DNA of 63,047 nucleotides, the filler included, from Collodictyon triciliatum (Eukaryota), in assembly GCA_043381765.1 (NCBI GenBank). It is 8 parts of 8 records of this genome, joined end to end, with 100 filler letters (N's around TTAATTAATTAA, not from the genome) between each part and the next. Parts side by side here need not be neighbours in the genome. Positions count along the whole stretch, not along the records: positions 46,506 to 55,701 come from JBHJMP010003122.1; positions 55,802 to 59,827 come from JBHJMP010003125.1; positions 59,928 to 63,047 come from JBHJMP010003154.1; 5 more parts are not named here. One strand, written 5' to 3'. The notes under the pieces are model-generated. The model worked only from the letters and a program-made list of their open reading frames with translations. It did no database searches and was not told the origin of the DNA. Each line of letters opens with the position of its first letter. Position 1 is the stretch's first letter. Positions 46,511-62,933 of this stretch are shown piece after piece. Made by a program: the position numbers and the translations under genes.

Positions 46511-49500
46511 TATAATTAAAAAATATTTCACTTGTAAAACTATTACTAATGATAGAACAAAAATCTATAAAATTAAGAATTATCATCGGAGTCTGGCTTT
46601 GCTACTTATTTCATTATTCAGTTGATAGATTTAAACCTAACATAAAATACTTGGAATCAACATTGTAATATTTATAATAAATACAATAATATCAGCTATA
46701 TATTCATTTTCTAATTTTAATCGAGATGAATGGTCTGCATACAGAATCGTCATGCTATATCGTTTGTTTTTCAATAATCGTTTTATGTATCGCCTTGTGA
46801 ATACTAAATCGACAAAAAATCTTTAAATTACGTATCTACTAGAGAAGCTTAGTTATCTACATACTCTTGGTATCCGTATTTTAAATTCCGTTTTAATTAA
46901 ATCAATAGATACACAATTGCATCAAATGTGAATTTAAAAAACAACTAACCAGAATATGAACCATTATAATATCCAAATCGAAAAACACATACCATATATC
47001 CGCTAAAAACCAGTCTGCCGCTGAATGATACACCACCCCTCCTCCTTGACTGACCTGCAATCTTTTGTCCAAAGCTTCACGCCCATACCCCTCACCTTAC
47101 TAGAACTTGTTCGTTTCTCCAAGTGAAATGATTTGTAGGTTTATCGCTCAATAAATAAACCTATATAATAATTAATCGTTGTTAAATTATCTAAATTAGT
47201 TTAATTTTCTCCCTTGGTTATATAGATTTCGATTTATCAAATCCAACAAACCCACCCCTCCCCCTTCCAATAACAATTCAATCAGAGGTAATAAGACGCA
47301 TACCGATATTCGTTTTTGCATTGTCCCGACTAACCAAGGATATGGTAGACGGTTCACGCCCTTTTATTTTTTTCGATTATCATCATTCACGTATATTCAT
47401 ATATTTCTTTTTATGAATACATAATATTTTCGTATATTTATTGATTTCTTGATGAATTATTTATTTAATCCACCACATACATTATGACTTCTATGATTAT
47501 TTCATATTATTAAGTCTGATATTGTTCAGTTTATTATCTTTGGTCAAAATATCGCTGAATATTAGAATTAAATACGATTGAAATTTAATTTATTTATGTA
47601 TTATTCATCAATTTTCAACTACGAACATTATCTCTGTATTGATGCACACGTGGAATACCTCAATGACTAAATTCTCAATCATAAATTACCTTTGAAACGA
47701 TTGTGCTTGTAAATTTATTAACATTCAGACCTTTGTTGCCTTTCTCATATTAATAATTATATTTTGTATCAAAAATCTAGTACTAACCTTAGTGTAATAG
47801 ACTTATTTTATTCAGAGCTCCAAAGAACCTTTATAGCTTATAGTCTTCAAATTCTCAGTGGAATATAGGATTTACATAAAACATATCACTATAAATAGTC
47901 AAAATAATAAAACAATTTTTTTATCAGAGTGATTTTGTTTTGATTAATATAGCTGGTTTTAGTTCAATTAATCATGTTAATATGGTGACTGTGACAAATA
48001 TGTCCTTTATAGAGAGGTCAATTAAAAATCATTTTTTAGAGACTTATGATAGAAAATTAGATAACAATTGATATGAATCAGGAAAATAAATGCATAATAA
48101 TACGGGTTGTGAATCATGAAATCTATTAGAGATGATATAAAATACTCACACAACACCATTTAATACTGAAATCAGTTATTAATGAAAATTTACTGAATAT
48201 TAGGATGTAGTTCATCTCTTGGGCCCCTATTTTGTACATAGACGGTTATACTTCAAAGGTTAAAATATTTTATATATAATCAATAATATAGTTAACTGAA
48301 AGACAATTTGCCAGGTTATATTAAATCATAATTTTAATTTCTATCAGATACTATCGAAATCCATGTTCTAAAGGAAATATTTTTGTTTGCTCCTATGATA
48401 TTCATTCGATGTAGTCAAGCGAACAGTAATTATTTTATCGTTGTATCAGAGTAAGTTATCTAACAATATGACTATTTTACAGTTATGATTGTCTGATTAA
48501 TTATATGTATAAATATGAAACGGAAACAAAAAACGAATTGAATCAGCATATCTCGATAAATATGCACATTATGATGATGAATAATTAATAGCTTGATTAA
48601 TTTTTATTGGAATTTCTTGGTATTTATATTTTTCATTTAGGGGAATATTAAAATAAATGTTCAACAAGTAAAGCAATTTTTCAAAGGATACCACTAGGGT
48701 TCTGGTTATGAATATTTTATGAGATTATATTTTACAATATTCATCTGATGAAGAATCTATAAATACATGCACTTAAATTAATTATCGTATATATCATTTT
48801 ATTTTTAATGTTATTTCCATAAATCTCATGATTAATCAATATGCAAATCGATTAGTAATTAAAATTACGTGTCATTAACCACTTCTTACTTTTAAATATC
48901 ATATCATCCGCTCATCCAATTTTTGTAATGCTGAGAAAACAAGGACTTAATGTATGATATACTTTTGGTCGATTAATTAAAATATTGGATGTTTTGTGAA
49001 TTTAGACGCTGTTTTAAAGAGAACATGATTAAAAACCAATTTATCAATGATTTCTTTACTTTATCAAATATTATATACTAAATGTGAAAAATGTAAGGAA
49101 ATGATTGACACGGTTTTCCTTGATAACATGTTTTATTCATAATTTATATAAATTTTATTTCTTAATATACATAACATATAACTGTCTTATAATATTGCAT
49201 CCTTTTAAAATCGTGCAAATTGTTTGAATAATTATAATTAATTCCATATTTTTTAATTATAGGTGTGATATATTTTGATTGAAAAGTGCATATAATTGAT
49301 TTAAAAAGTCTTTTGTGGAAGGTCAGCTATTGTGTTTATCACAATTTATTGATTTATAACTAAGACAAACCAAACCTATTCTTTTCGAACGGAGACATAT
49401 ATTATTCTATCATATAAACTTAAACTTGATTTTCCTTTGATTTATTCTCATGTCCCAATAATAATGAGGCTAATTTACATGAGTCTCATATTTTTTTATT

Positions 49501-50044
49501 GTGTTTCGTATGTCGTATGTTGGTTTATTTGTTTTGAAGGCATGATTCATCTAATAATTGATTAGGGATTTTCCTTAAGTATCAAATCTAAACCTACCTA
49601 TTATTGATACAAAAATGACCTTGCTAAAAATATAACCGAAGTCTAATGAATTTTTATCAGTTTTAATCAACAATACAGTTGATATCGAGTTATTTTGAGA
49701 TGATAACTATTTTGCATTTTTAATATAAATGAATTGATTGAATAAGTCACTATACCATCAAATAAAATAGTCATGTTTATCAATGGATATAAATGTTAGT
49801 ATTCATATTTTGAGAGATTCTATTATATGAGTATTATTGAAGTTATGGATAGATAATCTATATATGTATTTCTGAATGAATCGATGATAATTGAGTAGAT
49901 TGATTCAATATTAGGTGTTTAAACACATGTCTTGATTGGTTGTTACACCATGTCATTTAATTTTATTTTAAATGTTTAAACACTCATCACATTAGTTTAG
50001 AATGAGATTGAACTCAAAGTCATTTGCAGCTCTGTTGCTGTTGG
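46511..50044 (+). repeat. Diverged non-coding duplicate, copy 2 (upstream of secreted WD40 gene B)
   Basis: Colinear with 40858-44256, with roughly 200 nt of extra sequence near 47550-47780. Confidence 0.9.
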
Positions 50045-53000
50045 GTGAGTTTTAAATTATTTGTTTTAATTTTATTGACTTCAAATTACATAGAATTTTA
50101 ATTAATATATTTTCAGGGTTGATACTCCACAGCCAATTGTGCCTTGTTGAAGGGCAAGATGACCAAGTTTACACCATTGGTAGTCCTGGTTACGTTAACA
50201 GTCTTGCTGTTACTCCTGATGGCTCAAAAATTGTTTCCGTAGGTGGTGATAGAACAATCAAAATCTGGAATATTTCTGATGGAGCTTTGATTCGCACATT
50301 GACCGGTCATACTGGTGGGGTTTCCAGTGTTGCTGTTACTCCTGATGGCTCAAAAATTATCTCTGGAAGTGATGATAATACAATCAAAATCTGGAATCTT
50401 TCTGATGGAGCATTGATTCGCACATTGACCGGTCATACTGGTGGGGTTCGTAGTGTTGCTGTTACTCCTGATGGCTCAAAAATTGTTTCCGTAGGTGATG
50501 ATAATACAATCAAAATCTGGAATCTTTCTGATGGAGCTTTGATTCGCACATTGACTGGTCATACTAATATTGTTCGTAGTGTTGCTGTTACTCCTGATGG
50601 TTCAAAAATTGTTTCCGTAGGTGATGATAATACAATCAAAATCTGGAATCTTTCTGATGGAGCTTTGATTCGCACATTGACCGGTCATACTAATATTGTT
50701 CGTAGTGTTGCTGTTACTCCTGATGGCTCAAAAATTGTCTCTGGAGGTGATGATAAAACAATTAAAACCTGGAATCTTTCTGATGGAGCTTTGATTCGCA
50801 CATTGACTGGTCATACTAATATTGTTCGTAGTGTTGCTGTTACTCCTGATGGCTCAAAAATTGTCTCTGGAAGTGATGATATGACAATCAAAATCTGGAA
50901 TCTTTCTGATGGAGCTTTGATTCGCACATTGACTGGTCATACTAATATTGTTCGTAGTGTTACTGTTACTCCTGATGGCTCGAAAATTATTTCTGGAAGT
51001 GGTGATATGACAATCAAAATCTGGAATCTTTCTGATGGAGCTTTGATTCGCACATTGACTGGTCATACCGGTGGTGTTAGCAGTTTTGCTGTTACTCCTG
51101 ATGGCTCAAAAATTGTTTCTGGAGGGGGTGATGGAACAATCAAAATCTGGAATCTTTCTGACGGAGCTTTGATTCGCGCATTGACCGGTCATACTAATGG
51201 GGTTGGCAGTGTCACTGTTACTCCTGATGGCTCAAAAATTATCTCTGGAGGTTATGATAGTACAATCAAAATCTGGAATCTTTCTGATGGAGCTTTGATT
51301 CGCATATTGACTGGCCATACTGGTATTGTTCATAGTGTTACTGTTATTCCTGATGGCTCAAAAATTGTCTCTGGAAGTGATGATAAAACAATTAAAACCT
51401 GGAATCTTTCTGATGGAGCTTTGATTCGCACATTGATTGGTCATACTAATATTGTTCGTAGTGTTGCTTTTACTCCTGATGGCTCAAAAATTGTTTCTGG
51501 AAGTGATGATAAAACAATGAAAACCTGGAATCTTTCTGATGGAGCTTTGATTCGCACATTGACTGGTCATACCGGTGGTGTTTGGAGTGTTACTGTTACT
51601 CCTGATGGCTCAAGAATAGTATCTGGAGGTGGTGATGGAACAATCAAAATCTGGAATTTTTCTAATGGAGCTTTGATTCGCACACTGAATAGCCATATTA
51701 ATCCTGCTTACAGTGTCACTGTTACTCCTGATGGCTCAAAAATTATCTCTGGAGGTGGTGATAAGACAATCAAAATATGGAATCTTTCTGATGGAGCTTT
51801 GATTCGCACTTTGATTGGCCATACTGGTATTGTTTACAGTGTTGCTGTTTCTCCAGATGGATTAAAAGTTGTTTCTGGAAGTTGGGATAATACAATCAAA
51901 TTATGGAATCTTTCTGATGGAGCTTTGATTCGCACATTCAATGGTCATACTTTTTTTGTTCGTAGTGTTGCTGTTACTCCTGATGGCTCGAAAGTTGTTT
52001 CTGGAGGTGGTGATAATAAAATCAAAATATGGAATCTTTCTGATGGAATCTTGATTCGCACATTGAATGGTCATACTGGTGGTGTTCAAAGTGTTGCTGC
52101 TACTCCTGATGCCTCAAAAATTGTTTCTGGAAGTGGTGATAATACAATCAAATTATGGAATCTTTCTGATGGAGGTTTGATTCGCACATTGACTGGCCAT
52201 ACTGGTACTGTTTACAGTGTTGCTATCACTCCAGATGGCTCAAGAATTATTTCTGGAGGCGGTGATTATACAATCAAAATTTGGAATCTTTCTGATGATT
52301 TGATTCGCACATTGACTGGTCATACTAGTGGTGTTAACAGTGTTGCTGTAACTCCTGATGGCTCAAGAATTATTTCTGGAGGCGGTGATCATACAATCAA
52401 AATTTGGAATCTTTCTGATGGAGCTTTGATTCGCACATTGACTGGTCATACTAGTGGTGTTTGGAGTGTTGCTGTAACTCCTGATGTCTCAAGAATTATT
52501 TCTGGAGGCGGTGATTATACAATCAAAATTTGGAATCTTTCTGACGGAACTTTGATTCGCACATTGACTGGTCATACCATTTACGTTTGCAGTGTTGCTG
52601 TCACTCTTGATGGCTCAAAAATTGTTTCAGGCAGCAATGATAGAACAATCAAAATCTGGAATATTTCTGACGGAGCTTTGATTCGCACATTGACTGGTCA
52701 CACTGATATTGTTCGTAGTGTTGCTGTTACTCCTGATGGCTCAAAAATTGTTTCTGGAGGCTGGGATAATACAATCAAAATTTGGAACCTTTGCGGATAT
52801 GGATACTTCGATTGGCTTTCAAGTAAATGCAAACCATGCTCAGAGGGTACATATAACAATATTAACGATCTAAATTCATGTTCTTTGTGTCCTTCTGGAA
52901 CATATAACCCTAGAAATGGCTCTATTATTGAATCTGACTGTCTAGAATGCGATGCTGGCTTATTCAATACTTTTCCAGGCCAATCATTTTGTAGAAGTTG

Positions 53001-55701
53001 TGTCCCTGGAACATATAACCCGAGCAGGAGGTCGAGCTCTCTGTACAATCCTTGTATTAAATGCTTTGCAGGTTCTTATGGGGACAAATTTGGATTGGAG
53101 TCTTGCACTTTGTGTCCTTCAGGAACTTATGGAGTGGATATCACGGCAACCTCGAATTCTTCATGTATAGAATGTGAGCAAGGTACTTACAGCGGGGTTG
53201 AAGGTCAATCTAGATGCCAAGAAAGTAAACCTGGATTTTATTCCCCAAAAAAAGGAGCATCTATTCCATCTCCCTGTCAACCAGGAACCTACTCAAACTC
53301 TACTAAAGCAACCGTTTGCGAAAAGTGCCCAGCTGGCTCTTACAATCCTGATGTTGCATCATCTAGTGTTAGCAGCTGCTTACCATGTCCATTAGGAAGA
53401 TTTTCGTCTGAATCAGGGGCATCAACGTGCGATATTTGTCCAGCTGGTTCTTACAACCCATACCTCGGGCAGACTGGATGCATAAATTGTTCTGACGGAA
53501 CTTACAATCCACGATTTGGTTCAACAAGCCAGTCTTCATGTATCGAATGCCCAGTAGGAACTTATGGTAATGGCGACAGAGATGAATGTTTATCATGTCC
53601 AGCTGGTACATTCAACAGTAATACTGGCTCATTTAATCAAACATCATGTATTTCATGTCCAAATGGAAGCTACAGCTCAGAGAGAGGCGCATCATGCAGC
53701 TTATGCTTATCAGGATTCTATCAAAAAGAAGGAATCACAAAAGACTCAAGTTCATGCTATGCTTGTCCAAAAGGCACATTCAACTCTAACTCCGGCTCAC
53801 ATGAAAACAAATCATGCATTGAATGTCCGCAAGGTACTTGGAATGATAAGGATGGTCAAGCATCATGCACATCATGTCCAGCTGGTACATACAATAATAA
53901 AACTGGCGCATTGAATATATCACAATGTATTGAGTGTGCAAATGGAAGCTACAGCTCAGAGAGAAGCTCATCATGCAGCTTATGTTCATCAGGATTCTAT
54001 CAAAAAGAAGACGTCACAAAAGACTCAAAATCATGCCACGCTTGTCCAAAAGGCACATTCAACTCAATATCCGGCTTATATGGAAACAAATCATGTATTG
54101 TATGTCCACAAGGTACTTGGAATGATAGAGATGGTCAAGCATCATGCACATCATGTCCAACTGGTACATTCAACAACAAAACGGGCTCATTCAATCAATC
54201 ATCATGCATTTCATGTCCAGATGGAAGCTACAGCTCAGCTGGAAGCTTATCGTGCTTTTCATGCTCACCAGGATTCTATCAAAAAGAAGACATCAAGAAA
54301 GACTCTAAATCATGCTATGCTTGTCCAAAAGGCACATTCAACACAAACCCCGGCTCATATGGAAACACATCATGTATTGTATGTCCACAAGGAACTTGGA
54401 ATGATAAAAATGGTCAGGCATCATGTACATCGTGTCCAGCGGGTACATTCAACAACAAAACGGGCTCATTCAATCAATCATCGTGCATATCATGTCTTAA
54501 TGGAAGCTACAGCTCAGAAAGAAGCTCGTCATGCAGCTTATGTTCATCAGGATTCTATCAAAAAGAAGAAGTAATAAAAGACTCAAAATCATGCTATGCT
54601 TGTCCACAAGGCACATTCAACTCGAACTCCGGGTCACATGGAAACGTATCATGCACTGAATGTCCACAAGGTACCTGGAATGATAGAGATGGTCAGGCAT
54701 CATGCACATCATGTCCAGCTGGTACATTCAACAACAAAACTGGCTCATTTAATTCACCGTCATGTGTTTCATGCCCAAATGGAAGCTACAGCACAGAAAG
54801 AAGCGCTTCATGCAGTCTATGCTTATCAGGATTCTATCAAAAAGAAGGAGTAATAAAAGACTCAAAATCATGCTATGGTTGTCCAAAAGGCACATTCAAC
54901 TCAATTTCCGGCTCATATGGAAACTCATCATGCACTGAATGTCCACAAGGTACTTGGAGCGATAAAGATGGTCAAGCATCATGCACATCATGTCCAGCTG
55001 GTACATACAATAATAAAACTGGCACATACAATCAATCATCATGCATTTTGTGTCCAAATGGGAGCTACAGCTCAGAAAGAAGTGCATCATGCAGCTTATG
55101 TTTATCAGGATTCTATCAAAAAGAAGGAATAATAAAAGACTCAAACTCATGCTATTCTTGTCCAAAAGGCACATTCAACTCAAAATCCGGCTCATATGGA
55201 AATAAGTCATGTATTGAATGTCCACAAGGTACTTGGAATGATAAAAATGGTCAAGCATCATGCACATCATGTCCAGCGGGAACATTCAACAACAAAACTG
55301 GCTCATTCAACCAATCATCATGTATTTCATGTCCAAACGGAAGCTACAGCTCAGTTGGAAGCTTATCATGCAGTCTATGTTCATCAGGATTCTATCAAAA
55401 AGAAGATATCACAAAAGACTCAAAATCATGCTACACCTGTCCAAAAGGCACATTCAACTCAAACTCCGGCTCCTATGGAAATAAGTCATGTATTGAATGT
55501 CCACAAGGTACTTGGAGTGATAAAAATGGTCAAGCATCATGCACATCATGTCCAGCGGGTACATTTAACGATAAAACTAGTTCATATAATCAATCATCAT
55601 GCATTTCATGTCCAAACGGAAGCTACAGCTCAGTTGGAAGCTTATCATGCAGTCTATGTTCATCAGGATTCTATCAAAAAGAAGATATCACAAAAGACTC
55701 A
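50002..55701 (+). CDS. Secreted/surface protein B: signal peptide, 21 WD40 repeats, Cys-rich (GCC2/GCC3, ephrin-receptor-like) repeats; intron 50045-50116; 3' truncated
   Basis: Spliced N-terminus MRLNSKSFAALLLLGLILHSQLCLVEG-QD; 21 repeats of GHTxxVxSVAVTPDGSKIVSGxxDxTIKIWNLSDGALIRTLT; then about 970 aa of CPxGT(Y/F)..C..C units. Confidence 0.9.
50179..52790 (+). repeat. 21 tandem 126-nt WD40 coding repeats (one unit 123 nt)
   Basis: Near-invariant ggaatctttctgatggagctttgattcgcacattga every 126 nt. Confidence 0.95.
53590..55701 (+). repeat. 279-nt (93-aa) higher-order Cys-rich coding repeat, about 7.5 copies to contig end
   Basis: caggattctatcaaaaagaa at 53711, 53990, 54269, 54548, 54827, 55106, 55385, 55664. 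Confidence 0.95.
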
Positions 55702-55893
55702 NNNNNNNNNNNNNNNNNNNNNNNNNNNNNNNNNNNNNNNNNNNNTTAATTAATTAANNNNNNNNNNNNNNNNNNNNNNNNNNNNNNNNNNNNNNNNNNN
55801 NTTATTTTTTTTTCATAAAAAAAAAAACACCATTTTAAAAAATTTTTTTAAAAAAAACCTAAAAAAGAAAAAAAAAAAAAAAAAAAAAGATAG

Positions 55894-58800
55894 TGCAATC
55901 AATCCATGGTTATGCAGCCGCGGTATCCGCGATTCTTCAAATCATACCAGACCAGGAGTATAACGTCTCTCAATCGTGCTTCGCATCTCTCGTTACTTAT
56001 GTTACAAGCTGTCTAAGCACACAGCGACCCGAAAACTCTGGTTTAAATTACATTTACCGTCACTTCATCAATATTACTGGGGTTTCTCTAGAAAAAAGAG
56101 GCATTTTTAATTTCTACCTTGCATAATATACTTCTGACTTATTTCTTTCCAAAGACTTTGCTCTGTATGAAAATGCCTGGATTGTAATGGGTGGTCTTTG
56201 TCACCTTGGTTATGATTGGCTGATTGGTAGAACCCAGCACTTTTTAGCTCTCTGGAAACAAGAGTTGGATATCGATGTATTCTCATCTAATCATCACTTC
56301 ATAAGCTTGAGTGAATCTATTGTTAAAAAAATTATTTTTTTTTGTAAATGTTCAACCATTTAATAATCGTGTTATGGACAGTTTTCATCAAATTGTTTGA
56401 ATTTTATGTAGATTGAATTGGCAACTAATTTGAAGAAAAAAGGGACATCCGGTCTGCTCAGGTGAATATCTGTGATTTACATCTGAAAAATTATGCTGCC
56501 CGTGGCATGTTATATGTTTGTAGGCCTCATCAGCACTCATTTAAAATATACATGTTAGATTATATTCATACTCTCTTCAATCATACGCTGTTTTTCTGGA
56601 GAAATGCCAGCCTTACCTAAACACTGCTGTTCGCAAGCAAGCATATTCGTGCCTTCAAAAATCTCTGTAAGATAAAATGGCGACAAGCTATGTCAGAGAG
56701 AATATTTCCTTGAATTTCCCAAAGGCTTCGCTTTTCTGCTAATTTTCCCTTTTTTGTGCAGTTCATTGACATCAAAGCTTCCCTTGTTGTCTGCCTGTCC
56801 GACTGTCTCCAGAGAAAGCGTTGCGCTCTTCAAAAGTTTGGATCACAAATTCAGATGACAGCGCTAAGTTTACTAGTGCATATCAGAAATATTGCACTCA
56901 TGATGCATGCCAATTTTTCTGTAATATTGACTAATTTTAACAATTCCGGTGTTTTAGCATCATCTTTGAAATGTTTGGCCACCTTTCCGTCAGCTTTCCT
57001 TCAATCACAAGGGTTGACGTTGCTAGAGACTTGTGCAAAGGAAATATTAGATTATGAAGGTGAAACGATTACTTTATGCTTTATACTTTTTATTGTTACA
57101 TTTTTGTTTTGTTTTATTCTCACCTTTTTGGTCACATAATAGGAACTCCTTGCTCACTTATCAAAACGGGGTCATCATATAATACACATGGGAGCATACT
57201 TGAGGACAATTATCATCCATTCCTCACAATCGAAATCGTAATTCTTTGAGATACCATAAATCCCAATCTGCTTGATTACTCTTAATTAGCCTTTGCCGAC
57301 TATATTTCCCTATGTTTGTGGTTTTGTTTATAGCTCCTACAGTACCAAGGGCAAATAGCTCATGTTGAAATACCTCGCGTCTGGGAGAGAAACAGCTCTA
57401 GCAGTGAACATCTTTGGGTTTGTTTTTTTTAACACATCAGCCATTTGAATGTTGTATTCTGTAACTCATATCATACACAGTTCATCGAGTGATGCAGATA
57501 TCTCATTTCGTTTAAATTTCATAACGATATTTATTCAAATTTATGGCACTGCATTTAGTGGTTCACATCGGATGTGGTTTGCATGGATACATGCATTGAA
57601 GTTTTTAGCCAGTTCTTTCATTTATTACCAGAGTCACTTCGTCTCCAACATGTCAATTCAATAAACGAGCATTTGAAGGTTTTTGAATTATCCTTGAGAT
57701 TTAATTCCCATATTTCCATTGCCAGAGGTTTATGCCTATTACCTTTTGTTGTAATCGGGTGATATTGGTTTGCATTTTAATTCGCCATTTTTCTTTTATT
57801 TGATTTAGGCTTTCCAAGCCCGAACATTCTCAAGGAATAACGACCCTATAGCCAACATATTTGCCGGACTGCGTGGACTGGTTACTGGGATGTCAAAAAA
57901 TTCCTTTTTGATTCCAAGGTATTGATCACTTCTTTTTTTTTTTTTTTAATAAAAATTGACCAGTTTTATACTTTGTTTCGTAAGAAAAGCATAACGACCT
58001 AAGATCCATTTGTACACACCTTAGTAACAATTTTGAAAAACAGGTGTCCGTTTTTGACTGTTCTACAGGATATCCTCCAGAGTAAACCCCATTTCTTTTC
58101 CAATATATCAATGAATTACCTTGAGTGCTGGCGTGGTTAAATAGAGAAAAAGTGTGTTATCAAATTAATACTCTATATTGTAAAAAAAACAGCTTATCTG
58201 CCGGATAGTGACCCAATAATTCGCCGAACCGCATGCGAGATTCTTGGAAGGCTCGCGACCATAGTCCCAACAGAGTTCGTCACGGCTGTTGTAAAGGCCA
58301 TCACGAAACAAGTATGGTGATATGAATATATGAGCTTGGGATAGAAAAGTAGAGCGATGCTGTAAGCACAGTAGTTGTGAAAATAATACCACACGCAAGT
58401 TAGTAATAATTATTGACCTTCATCAATATTAACTAAGCAAAAATAATCACTCAGCTTGACATCGATGACCCTCATGTCCGCTCGGGATTCGCCTTGGGCA
58501 TAGGCTCATTACACCAGTGAATTAACAACCAATTCATTTTTTTCGTATCGTGATGTCTGATTTTTATTATATACCCCAATATTTTCCTACCTCTTTGGGT
58601 CATTATTGGTCATAATATCCCACACACACAGTTTCATGGGAGCTGCAATGCTTCCTCATCTCCAGACAACCACCAAAATATTGGTAAGTCTTGCTCGTAA
58701 TTCAGACCCGACCGTGCATATCTGGAGCTTACATGCCCTATCCATGCTTTTGGAAAGCGCTGGTGAGAGGACTTTATTGTTTGTATTTCTTCCCTTTCTT

Positions 58801-59684
58801 TTCTTTTCTTTTTTATATCTCAGTTCTCCAGCTTTTCACTTCATTCAAACATGAAAGAATGCGGAGGTTTTCCAACTGATATCACTTTTTTTTTTTTGAT
58901 ATAAAAAATTTGATGCAAAGGCCCAGCTATTCAACCTTACATCGAGGAGGTGATGGATTTGTTGATTCAAATCTTGTTTGAAAATAAGGGCGTGTTTGAG
59001 CACCCGCAACTGTACGTGTGCGTTGCAAGAATGATTGTCCATATCATCGAGGGATACGGACCTGAAATATCCCAAAATAAAGTTTATGGATTCATCATCT
59101 CTCAGATTAAGGTAAATACATTTTTACCATGTATCTGTCCATTCCAAGCACACCTCTCGCTTTCATCCAGCTCCATTTAGCTCCATGTAATATTAATTTC
59201 CCTTCCAAAGGTAACATGCATGTGTATACTATGATTATTCATTATTTATATATAGAAAGTCAGCCATTTATGACTCATTTTGGGAAATATATTTCTTTTA
59301 AAAAAATACAGATATTCTGCTCTCATCCTTTATTTGAAGTGGAATTGGTTCGCTACTCTCACAAGTTGGTCGCGTTTGATTATCAGTCTGTTCAGCATCA
59401 GTATTTGATCTCTCTTCTACAAGAAACAGCAGCTTCGACTGTTCAGGTCTTATTTAAGACTCATTTTCACGGGCAGATTGATATGTCCCTTTTTTATACT
59501 AACACTTACATTTTACGACTTTTGTCAATTTTTTTTTTTTTACGTAAAATTAATAGAAAAGTAAACGGTTCCTTAATAACAGATTCTTAACGAAGAGACA
59601 TTTCTGTGTCTCCAAACATACATGGAAAAGCTAGTCTACACCAAACCAGTTCTGGAAACGTTGACAAGTACCTTGATGAGCTTG
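55894..59684 (+). CDS. HEATR5: HEAT repeat-containing protein 5 (HEATR5/Laa1/SWEETIE family), internal multi-exon fragment
   Basis: SIHGYAAAVSAIL, AWIVMGGLCHLG..LALWK, IRRTACEILGRLA, RSGFALGIGSLH, HLQTTTKILVSLARNSDPTVHIWSLHALSMLLESAGP. Confidence 0.8.
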
Positions 59685-60078
59685 GTATGTTTGCCATCAT
59701 ATTGCATGCAATTTTTCCTATCTTTGTTTTTTTGTTTTGTTTTGTTTTGTTTTGTTTTGTTTTGTTTTGTTTTGTTTTGTTTTGTTTTGTTTTGTTTTGT
59801 TTTGTTTTGTTTTGTTTTGTTTTGTTTNNNNNNNNNNNNNNNNNNNNNNNNNNNNNNNNNNNNNNNNNNNNTTAATTAATTAANNNNNNNNNNNNNNNNN
59901 NNNNNNNNNNNNNNNNNNNNNNNNNNNATGATTTCTTTTTTTTTTTTTTTTTTTTGTTATTGTTTTTGTTGTTGTTAGAAAATGATAAGCATCGTTGGAA
60001 TGGGGATATTTGTTTTTGGTCACTCCAGAGAGAGAAACGATCATCAGGAGGCCCAGATGATAAACAACGGCCTCTTAC

Positions 60079-62933
<2,855 letters not shown>

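Noticed and set aside
50179-52790. Constant/variable alternation suggestive of a CRISPR array or DGR target
   Set aside because: In-frame protein-coding WD40 repeats; no unique spacers, cas genes, reverse transcriptase or adenine-specific template pair seen.
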